A DNA stretch of 64,000 nucleotides. Origin: a virus (taxonomy: Duplodnaviria > Heunggongvirae > Uroviricota > Caudoviricetes). The DNA lies in IMG/VR virus record IMGVR_UViG_3300042922_000906, positions 40,054-104,053 of that record. One strand, written 5' to 3'. Under the pieces are notes generated by a model. It saw nothing but the letters and a program-made list of their open reading frames with translations. It was not told the DNA's origin and searched no databases. A program made the position numbers and the translations under genes. Positions within the stretch are counted from its first letter, which is position 1; each line of letters starts with the position of its first letter. Shown in pieces: positions 45,007 to 54,732 of this stretch.

Positions 45007-45492
45007 TTGATGAAAGAAATATTAGTATGGGGAAATCCAGTTAAAGATTTTGAAAGATTAAGCATAAGTCCAAAGTGTACTTGGAGTGGCAAAAGTAATT
45101 CAGATGTAGAAATGCATGTATATGAGGTATCTGATAATGAATTTGAGACATTATGTAAAGATGCTGAAATAGATATAGAAGATACATGGATAGATTGCGC
45201 TTGGAGAAATGCTGAAGGTTCAAATATGGGAGTAGTTTCTGTAAGATATAACATTAATAAACATTACATAAAGGCATGGGATGGTGCTGGAAGAGAAGAT
45301 ATTACAGAACAAAATAAAAATGAGAAACCAGAAGATCGTTATTATCCTGAAAGAAAATATTATAACCTACTTGAATATTTCTGTGATGAAATTGGAGCTG
45401 GACAGCCACGTAACGTATGTGCATTAGCTGTAGATTTGGCCAAACAAAACGGTATTACTATAGGTGAGTTGTTTAATAAGTTTCAAGGATAA
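45007..45492 (+). CDS. hypothetical protein
   Basis: ORF of 161 aa with a GGGGGG SD. Confidence 0.35.
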   Translation: MMKEILVWGNPVKDFERLSISPKCTWSGKSNSDVEMHVYEVSDNEFETLCKDAEIDIEDTWIDCAWRNAEGSNMGVVSVRYNINKHYIKAWDGAGREDITEQNKNEKPEDRYYPERKYYNLLEYFCDEIGAGQPRNVCALAVDLAKQNGITIGELFNKFQG

Positions 45493-45661
45493 ATTTTGCT
45501 TTGGTGTCGGAATAGGTAGACGATCTTAAATATGTCGGAGTAGGCGATACTTCGTTAGAGAATGTAAGGAATAACTGCTACATATGCTGAAGGTTATTTA
45601 TGTAAGGTGCAAATCCTTATCTAAAGCAATTAAAACTTGATTTGATGGGGGAGAAAATGTT

Positions 45662-45886
45662 ATGAAAAGAATTGGTATATTCCAAGCGGTGGACATTTGT
45701 GATTACAATACTACTAATTATAAAAAGATGGATTTATATATTGATAAGGGTGAATTAGGCTTTAGACTAATATGTAATAATTGTCAACCTATTTGTTCAG
45801 GTCATTTCACCAAATTAAGCGGTTTAGAATATTTAGGGTATATGTTGGTTGTTGGAAGTATAAAAGTCAACGGAACAATAGAGTAA
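45662..45886 (+). CDS. Cys-containing hypothetical protein
   Basis: ORF of 74 aa with a GGGGGAG SD. Confidence 0.3.
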   Translation: MKRIGIFQAVDICDYNTTNYKKMDLYIDKGELGFRLICNNCQPICSGHFTKLSGLEYLGYMLVVGSIKVNGTIE

Positions 45887-45919
45887 ATAAAACACTGATT
45901 TTAATTGGAGGAAAGAAGT

Positions 45920-46066
45920 ATGAGTTATAAAAGAAGTCAAACAAGATATAAAGTTAGAAAAGAAAAGATCAAACAGGAATTAAAAGATTTTAGTTCGGTA
46001 ACAGAAACCAATGGGATTTTAATTGGAAAAAGCCTGTGCGAAATATATGAAGTACTCAAAATATAG
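45920..46066 (+). CDS. small basic protein (48 aa; not in the track)
   Basis: GGAGG SD lies 9 nt before the ATG. Confidence 0.3.
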   Translation: MSYKRSQTRYKVRKEKIKQELKDFSSVTETNGILIGKSLCEIYEVLKI

Positions 46067-46077
46067 TTTTTAATAGA

Positions 46078-46107
46078 TTGACAATATTCAATCTAAAATA
46101 TTATAAT
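46078..46107 (+). promoter_or_regulatory. sigma-A-type promoter (TTGACA, 18 nt spacer, TATAAT)
   Basis: Consensus hexamers. Confidence 0.5.
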
Positions 46108-46126
46108 ATAAAAGGAATATAAATGA

Positions 46127-46609
46127 ATGGAAAAGTTTTTTATAGTTACAGAGAAATCAGGATTACATAAGGAATATAGTGATTATCTAAAAAGTGTTAA
46201 AGAGGTAAATGAGTTATATAAAGCATTTTCAGATATGTTTGATATTAAAGCTACTAATTATCTAGCATATAGTGATCATTTATATATAATTCCTACAGAA
46301 GATGATTTGATACACTTTGACAAGTCATTGGGAAAAGAAGTAAGCCAAGGATTAAGACCTTTTAAGAGAAATTCCACCATAAATAAGGAATGGACTAAAT
46401 CGATTAAATCAAAAAAATACAAAGTACTTCGTAGTCCATTAGTACAGTTTTATTTCAAGAATTGTAGTAATTCACGATATAGGATATTTGAAAACAAGGA
46501 TGCAATCTATTGCTCTTATGAAAATGATTATGATGTAGATATTCCTGAAGGCTTTACTGAAATCAAAGCTAGCGAGTTTTATAAAGTGATTGAAGATTCG
46601 GAGGAATAA
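46127..46609 (+). CDS. hypothetical protein
   Basis: ORF of 160 aa. Confidence 0.35.
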   Translation: MEKFFIVTEKSGLHKEYSDYLKSVKEVNELYKAFSDMFDIKATNYLAYSDHLYIIPTEDDLIHFDKSLGKEVSQGLRPFKRNSTINKEWTKSIKSKKYKVLRSPLVQFYFKNCSNSRYRIFENKDAIYCSYENDYDVDIPEGFTEIKASEFYKVIEDSEE

Positions 46610-46610
46610 G

Positions 46611-47000
46611 ATGAAGTCTTATACAAAAAGAGGTAAAAACTATAAAAACTTAAAATTTCCAATCACAAGTAAAGTAACAGGTAGACAATATATTGTAGAA
46701 ATTTATCCTTATGGAATGAACGATGATAGATATTTAGAAGGCTGCTTTGTTACTTTGTATTTAAAAAGATTCCTATTAAAAAAAGAAGTCAAACATTATT
46801 TCTGTAACAATGATAAGGGACAAATTACAATTTCACCCATCTGCAATCCTAAAATTAAAACAGATTATGAATATTCCTTAATAGGAATGACGAAGTGCAT
46901 TGTAGATAGATATGAAGAATCTATAGTGGCTGCTATAAAAACAAGTAGTCAACTAGAGAATGACTACAAAGAATTTGAAAATTGGAATGGTGAAGTTTGA
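46611..47000 (+). CDS. hypothetical protein (start moved to the ATG behind the GGAGG SD)
   Basis: The tracked ORF starts at 46590 inside the previous gene. The ATG at 46611 immediately follows the stop. Confidence 0.35.
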   Translation: MKSYTKRGKNYKNLKFPITSKVTGRQYIVEIYPYGMNDDRYLEGCFVTLYLKRFLLKKEVKHYFCNNDKGQITISPICNPKIKTDYEYSLIGMTKCIVDRYEESIVAAIKTSSQLENDYKEFENWNGEV

Positions 47001-47027
47001 AGCCATTAAAAGAATTGTTTTATTACA

Positions 47028-47306
47028 ATGAAAGGAGTAAAAGAATTGCAGCATTATCAAGAAGCAAATGGTTTCAAGATTGGCGATATAGTATATAGAT
47101 TGAATCATTATACCGTTGAAGAAGCTTACATACAAGATATATTTGATGATTATTATAGTGATGATGAAAATTATATTTGCAAATGGGTGAAAACGAATAA
47201 AGGCTATGACCATTTAAGTGATATTTATACAAATAGGGTATATGCAGAAAGAAAAATACAAGAGAAAAAGGAAACTTATGATAGATATGTTACAAGAGGA
47301 TATTAA
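47028..47306 (+). CDS. hypothetical protein
   Basis: ORF of 92 aa with an AAAGGAG SD. Confidence 0.35.
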   Translation: MKGVKELQHYQEANGFKIGDIVYRLNHYTVEEAYIQDIFDDYYSDDENYICKWVKTNKGYDHLSDIYTNRVYAERKIQEKKETYDRYVTRGY

Positions 47307-47341
47307 GACAATAAAAGTGTGGTTTTAATGGGAGGTAAACA

Positions 47342-47530
47342 TTGAGGAAAATTGTAGAAATTGATAAATGTAATCATTGCAGGTATTTCGATAATAGTTG
47401 GGGAACAAGATGTTTTCATTCAAACGTGACAAAACCTCATCCAGAAGGTTGTATACCAAAGCCATTGAAAAGAGCAGACTATATGGTTGATATTCCAGAT
47501 TGGTGTCCGCTAGAAACAATAAGGCAATAA
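47342..47530 (+). CDS. Cys/His-rich small protein
   Basis: CNHCRYF...CFH...C...C is the visible arrangement. Upstream GGGAGG. Either TTG at 47342 or the next ATG could be the start. Confidence 0.3.
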   Translation: MRKIVEIDKCNHCRYFDNSWGTRCFHSNVTKPHPEGCIPKPLKRADYMVDIPDWCPLETIRQ

Positions 47531-47564
47531 AAGGATTATTTCAAATACCAAGAAAGGAGAGCAT

Positions 47565-47915
47565 ATGAAATATAACAACCGTAATATGGAAAGTTTTAAT
47601 ATTCAAGTTGAATTAGGCGGCGAATTTAAGAAAGCAAATAAGTTGAAAGATTTCAAAAGAAATGAGAAGCATGTTGCTGATTTGCTAAAAAAGAACAATA
47701 TACATAACTGGGTGTTTTGTGAAGCTGTATTGAATGATCTTGTAATAATAAATACTTGTGCAAACAACATTGAAGAAATTAATAATCTATTTATTAATGT
47801 GAAGAGTCTATTTAAAAAAGTAAGTATCGGCGTATTTTATCACGAATTTGGTGATTTCGATTATAATGAACAGACCTTTGAAGAATGTTTAGATGCTAAT
47901 TTATTTAGTAAGTAA
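47565..47915 (+). CDS. hypothetical protein
   Basis: ORF of 116 aa with an AAAGGAGAG SD. Confidence 0.35.
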   Translation: MKYNNRNMESFNIQVELGGEFKKANKLKDFKRNEKHVADLLKKNNIHNWVFCEAVLNDLVIINTCANNIEEINNLFINVKSLFKKVSIGVFYHEFGDFDYNEQTFEECLDANLFSK

Positions 47916-47931
47916 TACTTAGGGGTGAAAA

Positions 47932-48111
47932 ATGAAAGAAACAGATAAAATTGAACACATATTGATAAATTTGTTGGATATTGTTGACACCTTAACAACT
48001 GTTTTGAGTGCATCAATTAAAGGAAACGTCTACACAAATCCAGAACGAAAACCATTATATGAATGCGAAGAACGCATAAGAAGGATAAGACAAGATTTGT
48101 TGAGGGATTAA
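47932..48111 (+). CDS. small hypothetical protein (59 aa; not in the track)
   Basis: AGGGGTG SD lies 6 nt before the ATG. Confidence 0.3.
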   Translation: MKETDKIEHILINLLDIVDTLTTVLSASIKGNVYTNPERKPLYECEERIRRIRQDLLRD

Positions 48112-48142
48112 AATAAGTATTTTAAGTGAAAGGATATAATAT

Positions 48143-48346
48143 ATGTTTAAGTATTATTTTATAAGTAAAGTCTTTCCGATTTTAGGTGGATTCTTATTCG
48201 GATTTTTTGGTCTAGGTGGCATATTCAAAACAACAATAAATCACGCTGCCGATGCAATTATTGGTGGGATTGGATTAATGCTAATGATTTCTGCAATATA
48301 TGCGGCATATAAGATAGATAGAAACATCCAAAAGTATAATCCATAG
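48143..48346 (+). CDS. small membrane protein (2 TM, Gly-zipper)
   Basis: ORF of 67 aa containing GGFLFGFFGLGGI. Confidence 0.35.
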   Translation: MFKYYFISKVFPILGGFLFGFFGLGGIFKTTINHAADAIIGGIGLMLMISAIYAAYKIDRNIQKYNP

Positions 48347-48354
48347 GAGGTTTT

Positions 48355-48609
48355 ATGATAGAAAAATATAAAGTCAATGAATTAGGTAAAGTTAGTATTA
48401 TTCCAAGAGAAGATGGATTGTCACAAATATTAATAATTCAAGGGGTTATTAACGATAAGCCTGCCTCACTAGTTTTTAATAAAGCTAATTTAAATGCAAG
48501 TATTATTTGCAAATCAGAAGTCAATAAAATAACGAACGTTACATTAACAATTAATGCAGAGATTTTTGAGGATGAAAATGAAACATTTTTTACTATGGTG
48601 CAAATATAA
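48355..48609 (+). CDS. hypothetical protein
   Basis: ORF of 84 aa with a GGAGG SD. Confidence 0.35.
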   Translation: MIEKYKVNELGKVSIIPREDGLSQILIIQGVINDKPASLVFNKANLNASIICKSEVNKITNVTLTINAEIFEDENETFFTMVQI

Positions 48610-48636
48610 TGATTTTATGTGACGAAGGGAGAAAAT

Positions 48637-49419
48637 ATGATAAAAGTTAATGGTTTTCTTGTTGGAAACGAGTGTTTTCCTAATAATGAAAGGATATTAA
48701 AAATAAATGATTTTGGTGATAAATACTTTGATATTGAATTTAAGTACGAAACAGATATTGACATTTCTATTTTAATAATGGTCAAGAAGTACCTAGATGA
48801 TACATATCCTAATTCATACATACATTTAATAATGAAGTATGTTCCATACTCAAGAATGGATAGAAAAATTGAAGGATATATGTTCAGCCTTAAGTATTTT
48901 TGTCAGCTAATAAATGATTTACATTTTAGTGATGTTCAGGTATTAGATACACACTCAAATGTAACAACTGCTTTACTTGATAGATGTACGGAAATGAGCA
49001 TTCAAGATAATATCAGTAGAATATTTTCAAATATTCATATTGATTATGTTTTTTATCCTGATAACGGAGCAATGAAAAGATATAGTGAAATTCTTAAAAT
49101 TCCAGTACCATACTTCTACGGAAATAAGAAAAGAAATCTTAATACTGGTGAAATTGTCGGCTATGAATTAGTAGATTGTCCAGACATTAAGGATAAAGAT
49201 ATTTTAATAATAGATGACTTGTGTGCAAAAGGATTTACATTCTATAATGCAGCACAAAAGTTAAAAGACAATGGAGCTAATAATATTAATTTATATGTAT
49301 CTCATTGTGAAAATTCTATTTATCAAGGACAATTACTGAAATCTGATCTAATTAAGACCATATTTACAACTGATTCAATTTTAACTGATTGGTCAAGTAA
49401 AATATTATATAATGTCTAA
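48637..49419 (+). CDS. ribose-phosphate pyrophosphokinase-family enzyme (Prs-like; candidate ADP-ribose pyrophosphokinase of a phage NAD+ pathway)
   Basis: KYVPYSRMDRK parallels the Prs segment IPYFGYARQDRK. ILIIDDLCAKGFTF is the C-terminal PRPP-binding loop. The start is set at the ATG behind a GAAGGGAG SD. Confidence 0.65.
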   Translation: MIKVNGFLVGNECFPNNERILKINDFGDKYFDIEFKYETDIDISILIMVKKYLDDTYPNSYIHLIMKYVPYSRMDRKIEGYMFSLKYFCQLINDLHFSDVQVLDTHSNVTTALLDRCTEMSIQDNISRIFSNIHIDYVFYPDNGAMKRYSEILKIPVPYFYGNKKRNLNTGEIVGYELVDCPDIKDKDILIIDDLCAKGFTFYNAAQKLKDNGANNINLYVSHCENSIYQGQLLKSDLIKTIFTTDSILTDWSSKILYNV

Positions 49420-49440
49420 CAAGAATAAGAGGAGAAAAGA

Positions 49441-50925
49441 ATGAATAAAAATTATATCTATCCAGCAACATTATTGTGTGACTTTTACAAGGTGTCTCAT
49501 AGAGAACAATATCCAAAGGGAACAGAGATTGTATACAGTACATGGATACCAAGAGCAAGTAGAATAACTGGAATTGACAAGGTAGTTGCTTTTGGGTTTC
49601 AAGCATTTATTAAAGAATATATCATTAAATATTTTAATGACAATTTCTTTAATAGGCCAAAGAATGAAGTAATAGAAGAATACATAAGGGTTATAAAAAA
49701 TACATTAGGTATACAAAATCCAGATGCTAGTCATATCGAAGAATTATATGATTTAGGGTATATGCCTATTAAGATTAAAGCGGTTAAAGAAGGTACTTTA
49801 GTTCCTTTGCGAGTACCAATGTTGACAATTGAAAATACTGAACTTAGATTCTTCTGGTTAACAAACTATCTGGAAACACTCATGTCTTGTGCTATGTGGA
49901 TACCATCCACCAGTGCAACAATAGCATTTGAATATAGAAAAATACTTGAAAAATATGCAAAGGAAACTGTAGGTAATATTGAAGGAGTTCAATTCCAAGG
50001 TCATGATTTTAGTATGAGGGGTATGGGTGCATTAGATTCAGCAAAAGTTAGTGGAGCTGGACATTTACTTTCATTTGTAGGTACAGATACAATTCCTGCA
50101 ATACTATTTACCGAAGAATTCTATAATGCAAATATTGAACAAGAATTAATAGGCACTTCAATACCAGCTACCGAACATTCAGTACAATGTGCTTATGGAA
50201 GAGACGAGTTCTCATCTTATAAAAGAATTATTACTGAAATATATCCAAGTGGTTTTGTTTCAATTGTTAGTGACACATGGGACTTGTGGAAGGTATTAAC
50301 CGATGTTGTTGCTAAATTAAAGACAGAGATAATGTCTAGAGACGGTAGAGTAGTAATTAGACCAGATAGCGGTGATCCAGTAAAAATTATTTGTGGAGAC
50401 CCCAAATCAGATAATGAACTTGAAAGAAAAGGTGTGGTTGAAGTTCTATGGGATATTTTTGGTGGAACTATCACAGCGAAAGGCTATAAGCAGCTTGAAA
50501 CACATATCGGATGTATTTATGGAGATGCCATAACCCTTGAAAGGGCAACCGCAATATGCGAAGGGTTAAAAGCTAAAGGATTCGCTTCAACAAATACAGT
50601 GTATGGTATTGGCTCATTTACATATCAGTATAATACAAGAGATACTTTTGGATTTGCTTTGAAATCTACGCATGTTGTCATTGATGGTATAGATCAAAAT
50701 ATTTATAAAGACCCTGCGACAGATAAAGATAAGATTAAAAAATCATTGATAGGTAGAGCGTGTGTATTAAATGACAGAGGGTATATTCATACCATAGACG
50801 GATTATCAATAGTACAACAGAGTAATTGTAGAGCGGATATTCTTGAAGATCTTTTTGTTGACGGTGAATTACTGAGAGATGAAAACTTTATCGATATTAG
50901 AAATAGATTGTTATCAAATCTTTAA
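49441..50925 (+). CDS. nadV: nicotinamide phosphoribosyltransferase family (NadV/Nampt-like)
   Basis: 494 aa. The N-terminus YPATLLCDFYKVSHREQYP reads as the conserved Nampt start, and GTDT and related motifs are present. Confidence 0.75.
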   Translation: MNKNYIYPATLLCDFYKVSHREQYPKGTEIVYSTWIPRASRITGIDKVVAFGFQAFIKEYIIKYFNDNFFNRPKNEVIEEYIRVIKNTLGIQNPDASHIEELYDLGYMPIKIKAVKEGTLVPLRVPMLTIENTELRFFWLTNYLETLMSCAMWIPSTSATIAFEYRKILEKYAKETVGNIEGVQFQGHDFSMRGMGALDSAKVSGAGHLLSFVGTDTIPAILFTEEFYNANIEQELIGTSIPATEHSVQCAYGRDEFSSYKRIITEIYPSGFVSIVSDTWDLWKVLTDVVAKLKTEIMSRDGRVVIRPDSGDPVKIICGDPKSDNELERKGVVEVLWDIFGGTITAKGYKQLETHIGCIYGDAITLERATAICEGLKAKGFASTNTVYGIGSFTYQYNTRDTFGFALKSTHVVIDGIDQNIYKDPATDKDKIKKSLIGRACVLNDRGYIHTIDGLSIVQQSNCRADILEDLFVDGELLRDENFIDIRNRLLSNL

Positions 50926-51172
50926 TTAACATATTATAATACAAACAGCAATAAGTATGGTGGGTTTTATGGATGAAAAGTTAGCAAAAGATATTTACGA
51001 TTGTGATGAATGTCCATTGCATGAGAATGATTGTAAAGGTGTAATTGGGACACCTAATGGTTATATTGAACCTCCATGCACTTCTTGGAGTGATGACACT
51101 TTAGTTTATAAAGGTATGTATGAATATTAATATGAGTAATAATAAAGTTTTACACCCTGAAAGGAGCAATTT

Positions 51173-51535
51173 ATGAATAATAATCATAAACAAAAAGTTT
51201 ATTCGGTTTTAGACCGTCTTACAAAAAATGAATTAGATAATTACATAAAAGATAGAAGCATTAGTGTTGAGAAAAATGAGATATTTGAATTGTTAAGTAA
51301 GGTTAAGAAACCAGAAACTTATGTGCAAGGGTGGTGTCAAAAGATAAGTGATGGATTTCAAAATTCTCTATCATCTTATTATAAATTGGGTCAGGCAAGT
51401 ATTATATCATTTGTTCTTGAATGTTTCTATGATGATAAATATAAGATTAAGGATTTACAAGATTATCTGAGATGTATGTTTAAAGATGATATTGAGCTTA
51501 AAGAAATGGTTTATGATTTTATGAAAGATTTTTAG
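51173..51535 (+). CDS. hypothetical protein
   Basis: ORF of 120 aa with an AAAGGAG SD. Confidence 0.35.
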   Translation: MNNNHKQKVYSVLDRLTKNELDNYIKDRSISVEKNEIFELLSKVKKPETYVQGWCQKISDGFQNSLSSYYKLGQASIISFVLECFYDDKYKIKDLQDYLRCMFKDDIELKEMVYDFMKDF

Positions 51536-51572
51536 CAGTTAAAATTTTGATTTAAAAGGGAAGGAGTAGTTT

Positions 51573-51866
51573 ATGAAAAAGGCATTGTATTACAAAGAAT
51601 ATTATTCACCTGTAGCCTATGGATATAAACCAGATCATAAAGTTAAATCATATTTTAAGTTTATAATGGTTTTTGACCTTAAAGAAGGATTAAGATTTAC
51701 AGCATGTGTTCCTAATTTTTCATATTGTTGTAGAAATCCTATTAGAACGGTACTAAGAGTATTGGAACATGAAAGCATAGGTATGGCTAAATATAATAAA
51801 ATAAAAGAAGATACAAGGGCTTGTGGTTTATATAAGAAATTGGATTGCAAGCCAATCAAACTTTGA
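51573..51866 (+). CDS. Cys-rich hypothetical protein
   Basis: ORF of 97 aa with a GGAGTAG SD. Confidence 0.35.
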   Translation: MKKALYYKEYYSPVAYGYKPDHKVKSYFKFIMVFDLKEGLRFTACVPNFSYCCRNPIRTVLRVLEHESIGMAKYNKIKEDTRACGLYKKLDCKPIKL

Positions 51867-51903
51867 TACAAAAATAAAGATTATAGTACATAAGGAAATT
51901 AAT

Positions 51904-52446
51904 GTGGAGAAATTTAATAAATATAAAGTAGTAGATGATTATGTAATTATCTACATTCATCGAAGAGATAAAACAATTATTGAAACAATAATAGATGTAG
52001 AAGATTTAGATAGACTTAAAGAGTTAAATTTGTATTGGCACACTTATTATGATAAGAAGTTAAGACATTATTATGTGCAAGCAACAGAGTATATGGGTGT
52101 ATTTGATGGTAAACCTAAATATAGAATGTGGTATTTACATAGAGTTGTTATGAATGCTGGTAAAAAGGAATATGTTGACCATGAAGATCATGATACATTA
52201 AATAATAGAAAATTCAATTTGCGTTTAACTAAGCAATTATATAATACTAAAAATAGAAGTGGAAGAAATTCCAATAATAAAAGTGGTTATCGTAATGTAT
52301 CATGGGTTGATGGAAAATGGGTTGTACAAATACAAATTGATGGTAAAAATACTTGTCTAGGAAGATTTACAGATGTCGATAAAGCTGGTAAATTCGCTGA
52401 AGAAATGAGGCAGAAATATTATGGCAAATTTGCAGGTAATAGTTAA
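51904..52446 (+). CDS. HNH homing endonuclease with an AP2 domain (GTG start behind ACATAAGGAAATT)
   Basis: HNH core YVDHEDHDTLNNRKFNLRLTKQLYNTKNR. AP2 segment SGYRNVSWVDGKWVVQIQIDGKNTCLGRFTDVDKAGKFAEEMRQKYYG. Confidence 0.75.
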   Translation: MEKFNKYKVVDDYVIIYIHRRDKTIIETIIDVEDLDRLKELNLYWHTYYDKKLRHYYVQATEYMGVFDGKPKYRMWYLHRVVMNAGKKEYVDHEDHDTLNNRKFNLRLTKQLYNTKNRSGRNSNNKSGYRNVSWVDGKWVVQIQIDGKNTCLGRFTDVDKAGKFAEEMRQKYYGKFAGNS

Positions 52447-52469
52447 TAGTAACGTGAAAGGACTTTTAT

Positions 52470-53180
52470 ATGAATATATTTTTAAAAAACATAATAAAGA
52501 AATATCTAGATTTTAATGAATACCTGCAACAAATAAATGTTAAAGATTTTGATCAATTTTCAAGACAAGAACTAATTGAATTTACCAAAATTTTAAGGCA
52601 GCATACACATTTAAGATATATTACATCAGATATAGACAAGATCATAGCAAATAAAAAACTTGAAGAATATCCAGAGTTATTAGGCGTACATAATTATCCT
52701 GAAATAAAGGAAATTGATTTTCTTTCTGAAGAAGATAAAGTTAATCTTGATAAATCATTGTGTTCTTTAGGATATAGTTCTTACATTTATAAAGGTTCAA
52801 CTTTATGGAGAAATGTGAGTAATACATGGTCGGAAGATGTACAGGACAAAATATTTAAGTTTCTATTAGAAAAAGGGATTGTTGAAAGACACTATAAAAT
52901 TCACCCATGCTGTTTTGACAAGGTTATATCTCAAGTTGTTGTAAATAATTTTATGACATTTTTCAATCTACATGATGAAAATGGAATAATACCAAAAGAA
53001 AAATATTTTGAAAATGAAGAATTTATTTATTCTATGATGAATGAATCTGAAGGCTGCTGTGATGATTGTGATAATGATTATGAAATCACCAAAGACATGA
53101 TTGAAGAAGCTATAAATAATACTTGGCAACATCTGTATAAAGTTGTGAAAACAAGAGATAAATCATTGGATGATAAGTAA
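52470..53180 (+). CDS. hypothetical protein
   Basis: ORF of 236 aa. Confidence 0.4.
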   Translation: MNIFLKNIIKKYLDFNEYLQQINVKDFDQFSRQELIEFTKILRQHTHLRYITSDIDKIIANKKLEEYPELLGVHNYPEIKEIDFLSEEDKVNLDKSLCSLGYSSYIYKGSTLWRNVSNTWSEDVQDKIFKFLLEKGIVERHYKIHPCCFDKVISQVVVNNFMTFFNLHDENGIIPKEKYFENEEFIYSMMNESEGCCDDCDNDYEITKDMIEEAINNTWQHLYKVVKTRDKSLDDK

Positions 53181-53193
53181 CTAAGGAGTATGT

Positions 53194-53460
53194 ATGAGTG
53201 AATTAAAGGAATTGCAAAAACGTCTTGAAAATGAAAGAGATATTAATAATGCTTTAATCTGTAATATTGAAGAAATGGCAGAATTAATTAAGGTATTATG
53301 CAAATATTTGAGAAATAGTAGTAAATTTTCAATGGGTGATTTAACTGAAGAACTTGCACATAATTTATTAATGACAAATGTTGTTAAAAATAGGTTTAAC
53401 ATTTCAGATGAGGAGATTGAAAATGAACAACTGTCGGCATTAAGAAAATGTTTTAAGTAA
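53194..53460 (+). CDS. hypothetical protein
   Basis: ORF of 88 aa with an AGGAG SD. Confidence 0.35.
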   Translation: MSELKELQKRLENERDINNALICNIEEMAELIKVLCKYLRNSSKFSMGDLTEELAHNLLMTNVVKNRFNISDEEIENEQLSALRKCFK

Positions 53461-53485
53461 TTAAGTGGAGTAATGGAGGTGAGAT

Positions 53486-53653
53486 ATGAATATAATAACT
53501 TGGATTTTACAAGGCGCAGGAACGCTATCTGTTTTATATTTTATATTTGGTGGAATCAAAGAAGTAAAGAAAGCATTGGTATATGGATGGGTGGCAGTTA
53601 TTGTAGTACTAATAATGGTTAGTGTGATGGGATACAATTTTATAACTAATTAA
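53486..53653 (+). CDS. small membrane protein (55 aa, 2 TM; not in the track)
   Basis: GGAGGTGAG SD lies 5 nt before the ATG. Confidence 0.35.
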   Translation: MNIITWILQGAGTLSVLYFIFGGIKEVKKALVYGWVAVIVVLIMVSVMGYNFITN

Positions 53654-53682
53654 GTTAGATAAATATTGAAAGGAGCAATGTA

Positions 53683-54732
53683 TTGAAATCAAATATTTTT
53701 ATTCCGCAAAAAATCAATGTTGGTTTTCAAAATAGAGATGATACGTATACTGGTAAGTTAGCTTACATTATCTATTTTGACCAAAAGGGAGTATTAAGAA
53801 AAGAAACTTCATGGCAAGGCTGGAGAGATAAGAAAATTGATAATTTAATTCATGAAAATACTCCAACATCAGGATTTGTTCTTAATAAAAAGGCTGGAGG
53901 ATATGATACTGGATGGAATCATAGACAGACTTATTGTAGGGTGTATGACCCTAGAGATTTTGAGTTTGAGATAACTATACCTAATTTGTTGTATATATTA
54001 GAGAATACAAATTCAATCAAAGGTAAAGGTTTAGAAGGTGAATTTGTTTATGGATGGGAGGGTAAGGATTTAATATTAATTCCTGTGAATTCTCCAGATT
54101 ACAAAGAACTTTCTGAATTTAATGAGAAAATTCATTCCAAAAACTTTATTCTAGCCAAAGATTTGATTTTAGGTGCTATATATAAGTTCAAAAGTAATAG
54201 AGATTTAATCTATATGGGAAGATTTCAAGAATCAAATGATGAAAATAAAGAAGTCAATTCTTATTTCTTTTACAATGAAAATCGTTATTCAGGTTTTGAG
54301 ATATTTAAATCTGTTAGTGGTATGATTATTGAATGTGTAAACGATCAATGTGTTGGTAATTATGCAGAATTAATGGATAAATTAACAAAATCCAGTTATT
54401 ATTCCGAGCGTGACCAAAAGCAAGACAAATACATCCCTTATACATTAGAACAATTCAAAGAACATTTGCATAATTGTTATTATCGTGAGCATTTTTATAA
54501 TGTTGATGGTACCAAGTACTTTATTACTAAATATAGGGATTATTACTACTATTATAACAATAACTGTCCAGTTAAGTATGATATTTATAATAAAAACCAA
54601 TGTGATGAAAAATTAGATAGCGAGATATCTATTGAAAGAGTATTTGAAAAATATAAACCATATTATTTAACAACATATAAACCTAATGGAGAAATAATTA
54701 AGGAGTGGAGAAAATATGAACAATCCAAATGA
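53683..54732 (+). CDS. hypothetical protein (349 aa, TTG start behind AAAGGAG)
   Basis: Long open frame. No motif recognised. Confidence 0.4.
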   Translation: MKSNIFIPQKINVGFQNRDDTYTGKLAYIIYFDQKGVLRKETSWQGWRDKKIDNLIHENTPTSGFVLNKKAGGYDTGWNHRQTYCRVYDPRDFEFEITIPNLLYILENTNSIKGKGLEGEFVYGWEGKDLILIPVNSPDYKELSEFNEKIHSKNFILAKDLILGAIYKFKSNRDLIYMGRFQESNDENKEVNSYFFYNENRYSGFEIFKSVSGMIIECVNDQCVGNYAELMDKLTKSSYYSERDQKQDKYIPYTLEQFKEHLHNCYYREHFYNVDGTKYFITKYRDYYYYYNNNCPVKYDIYNKNQCDEKLDSEISIERVFEKYKPYYLTTYKPNGEIIKEWRKYEQSK

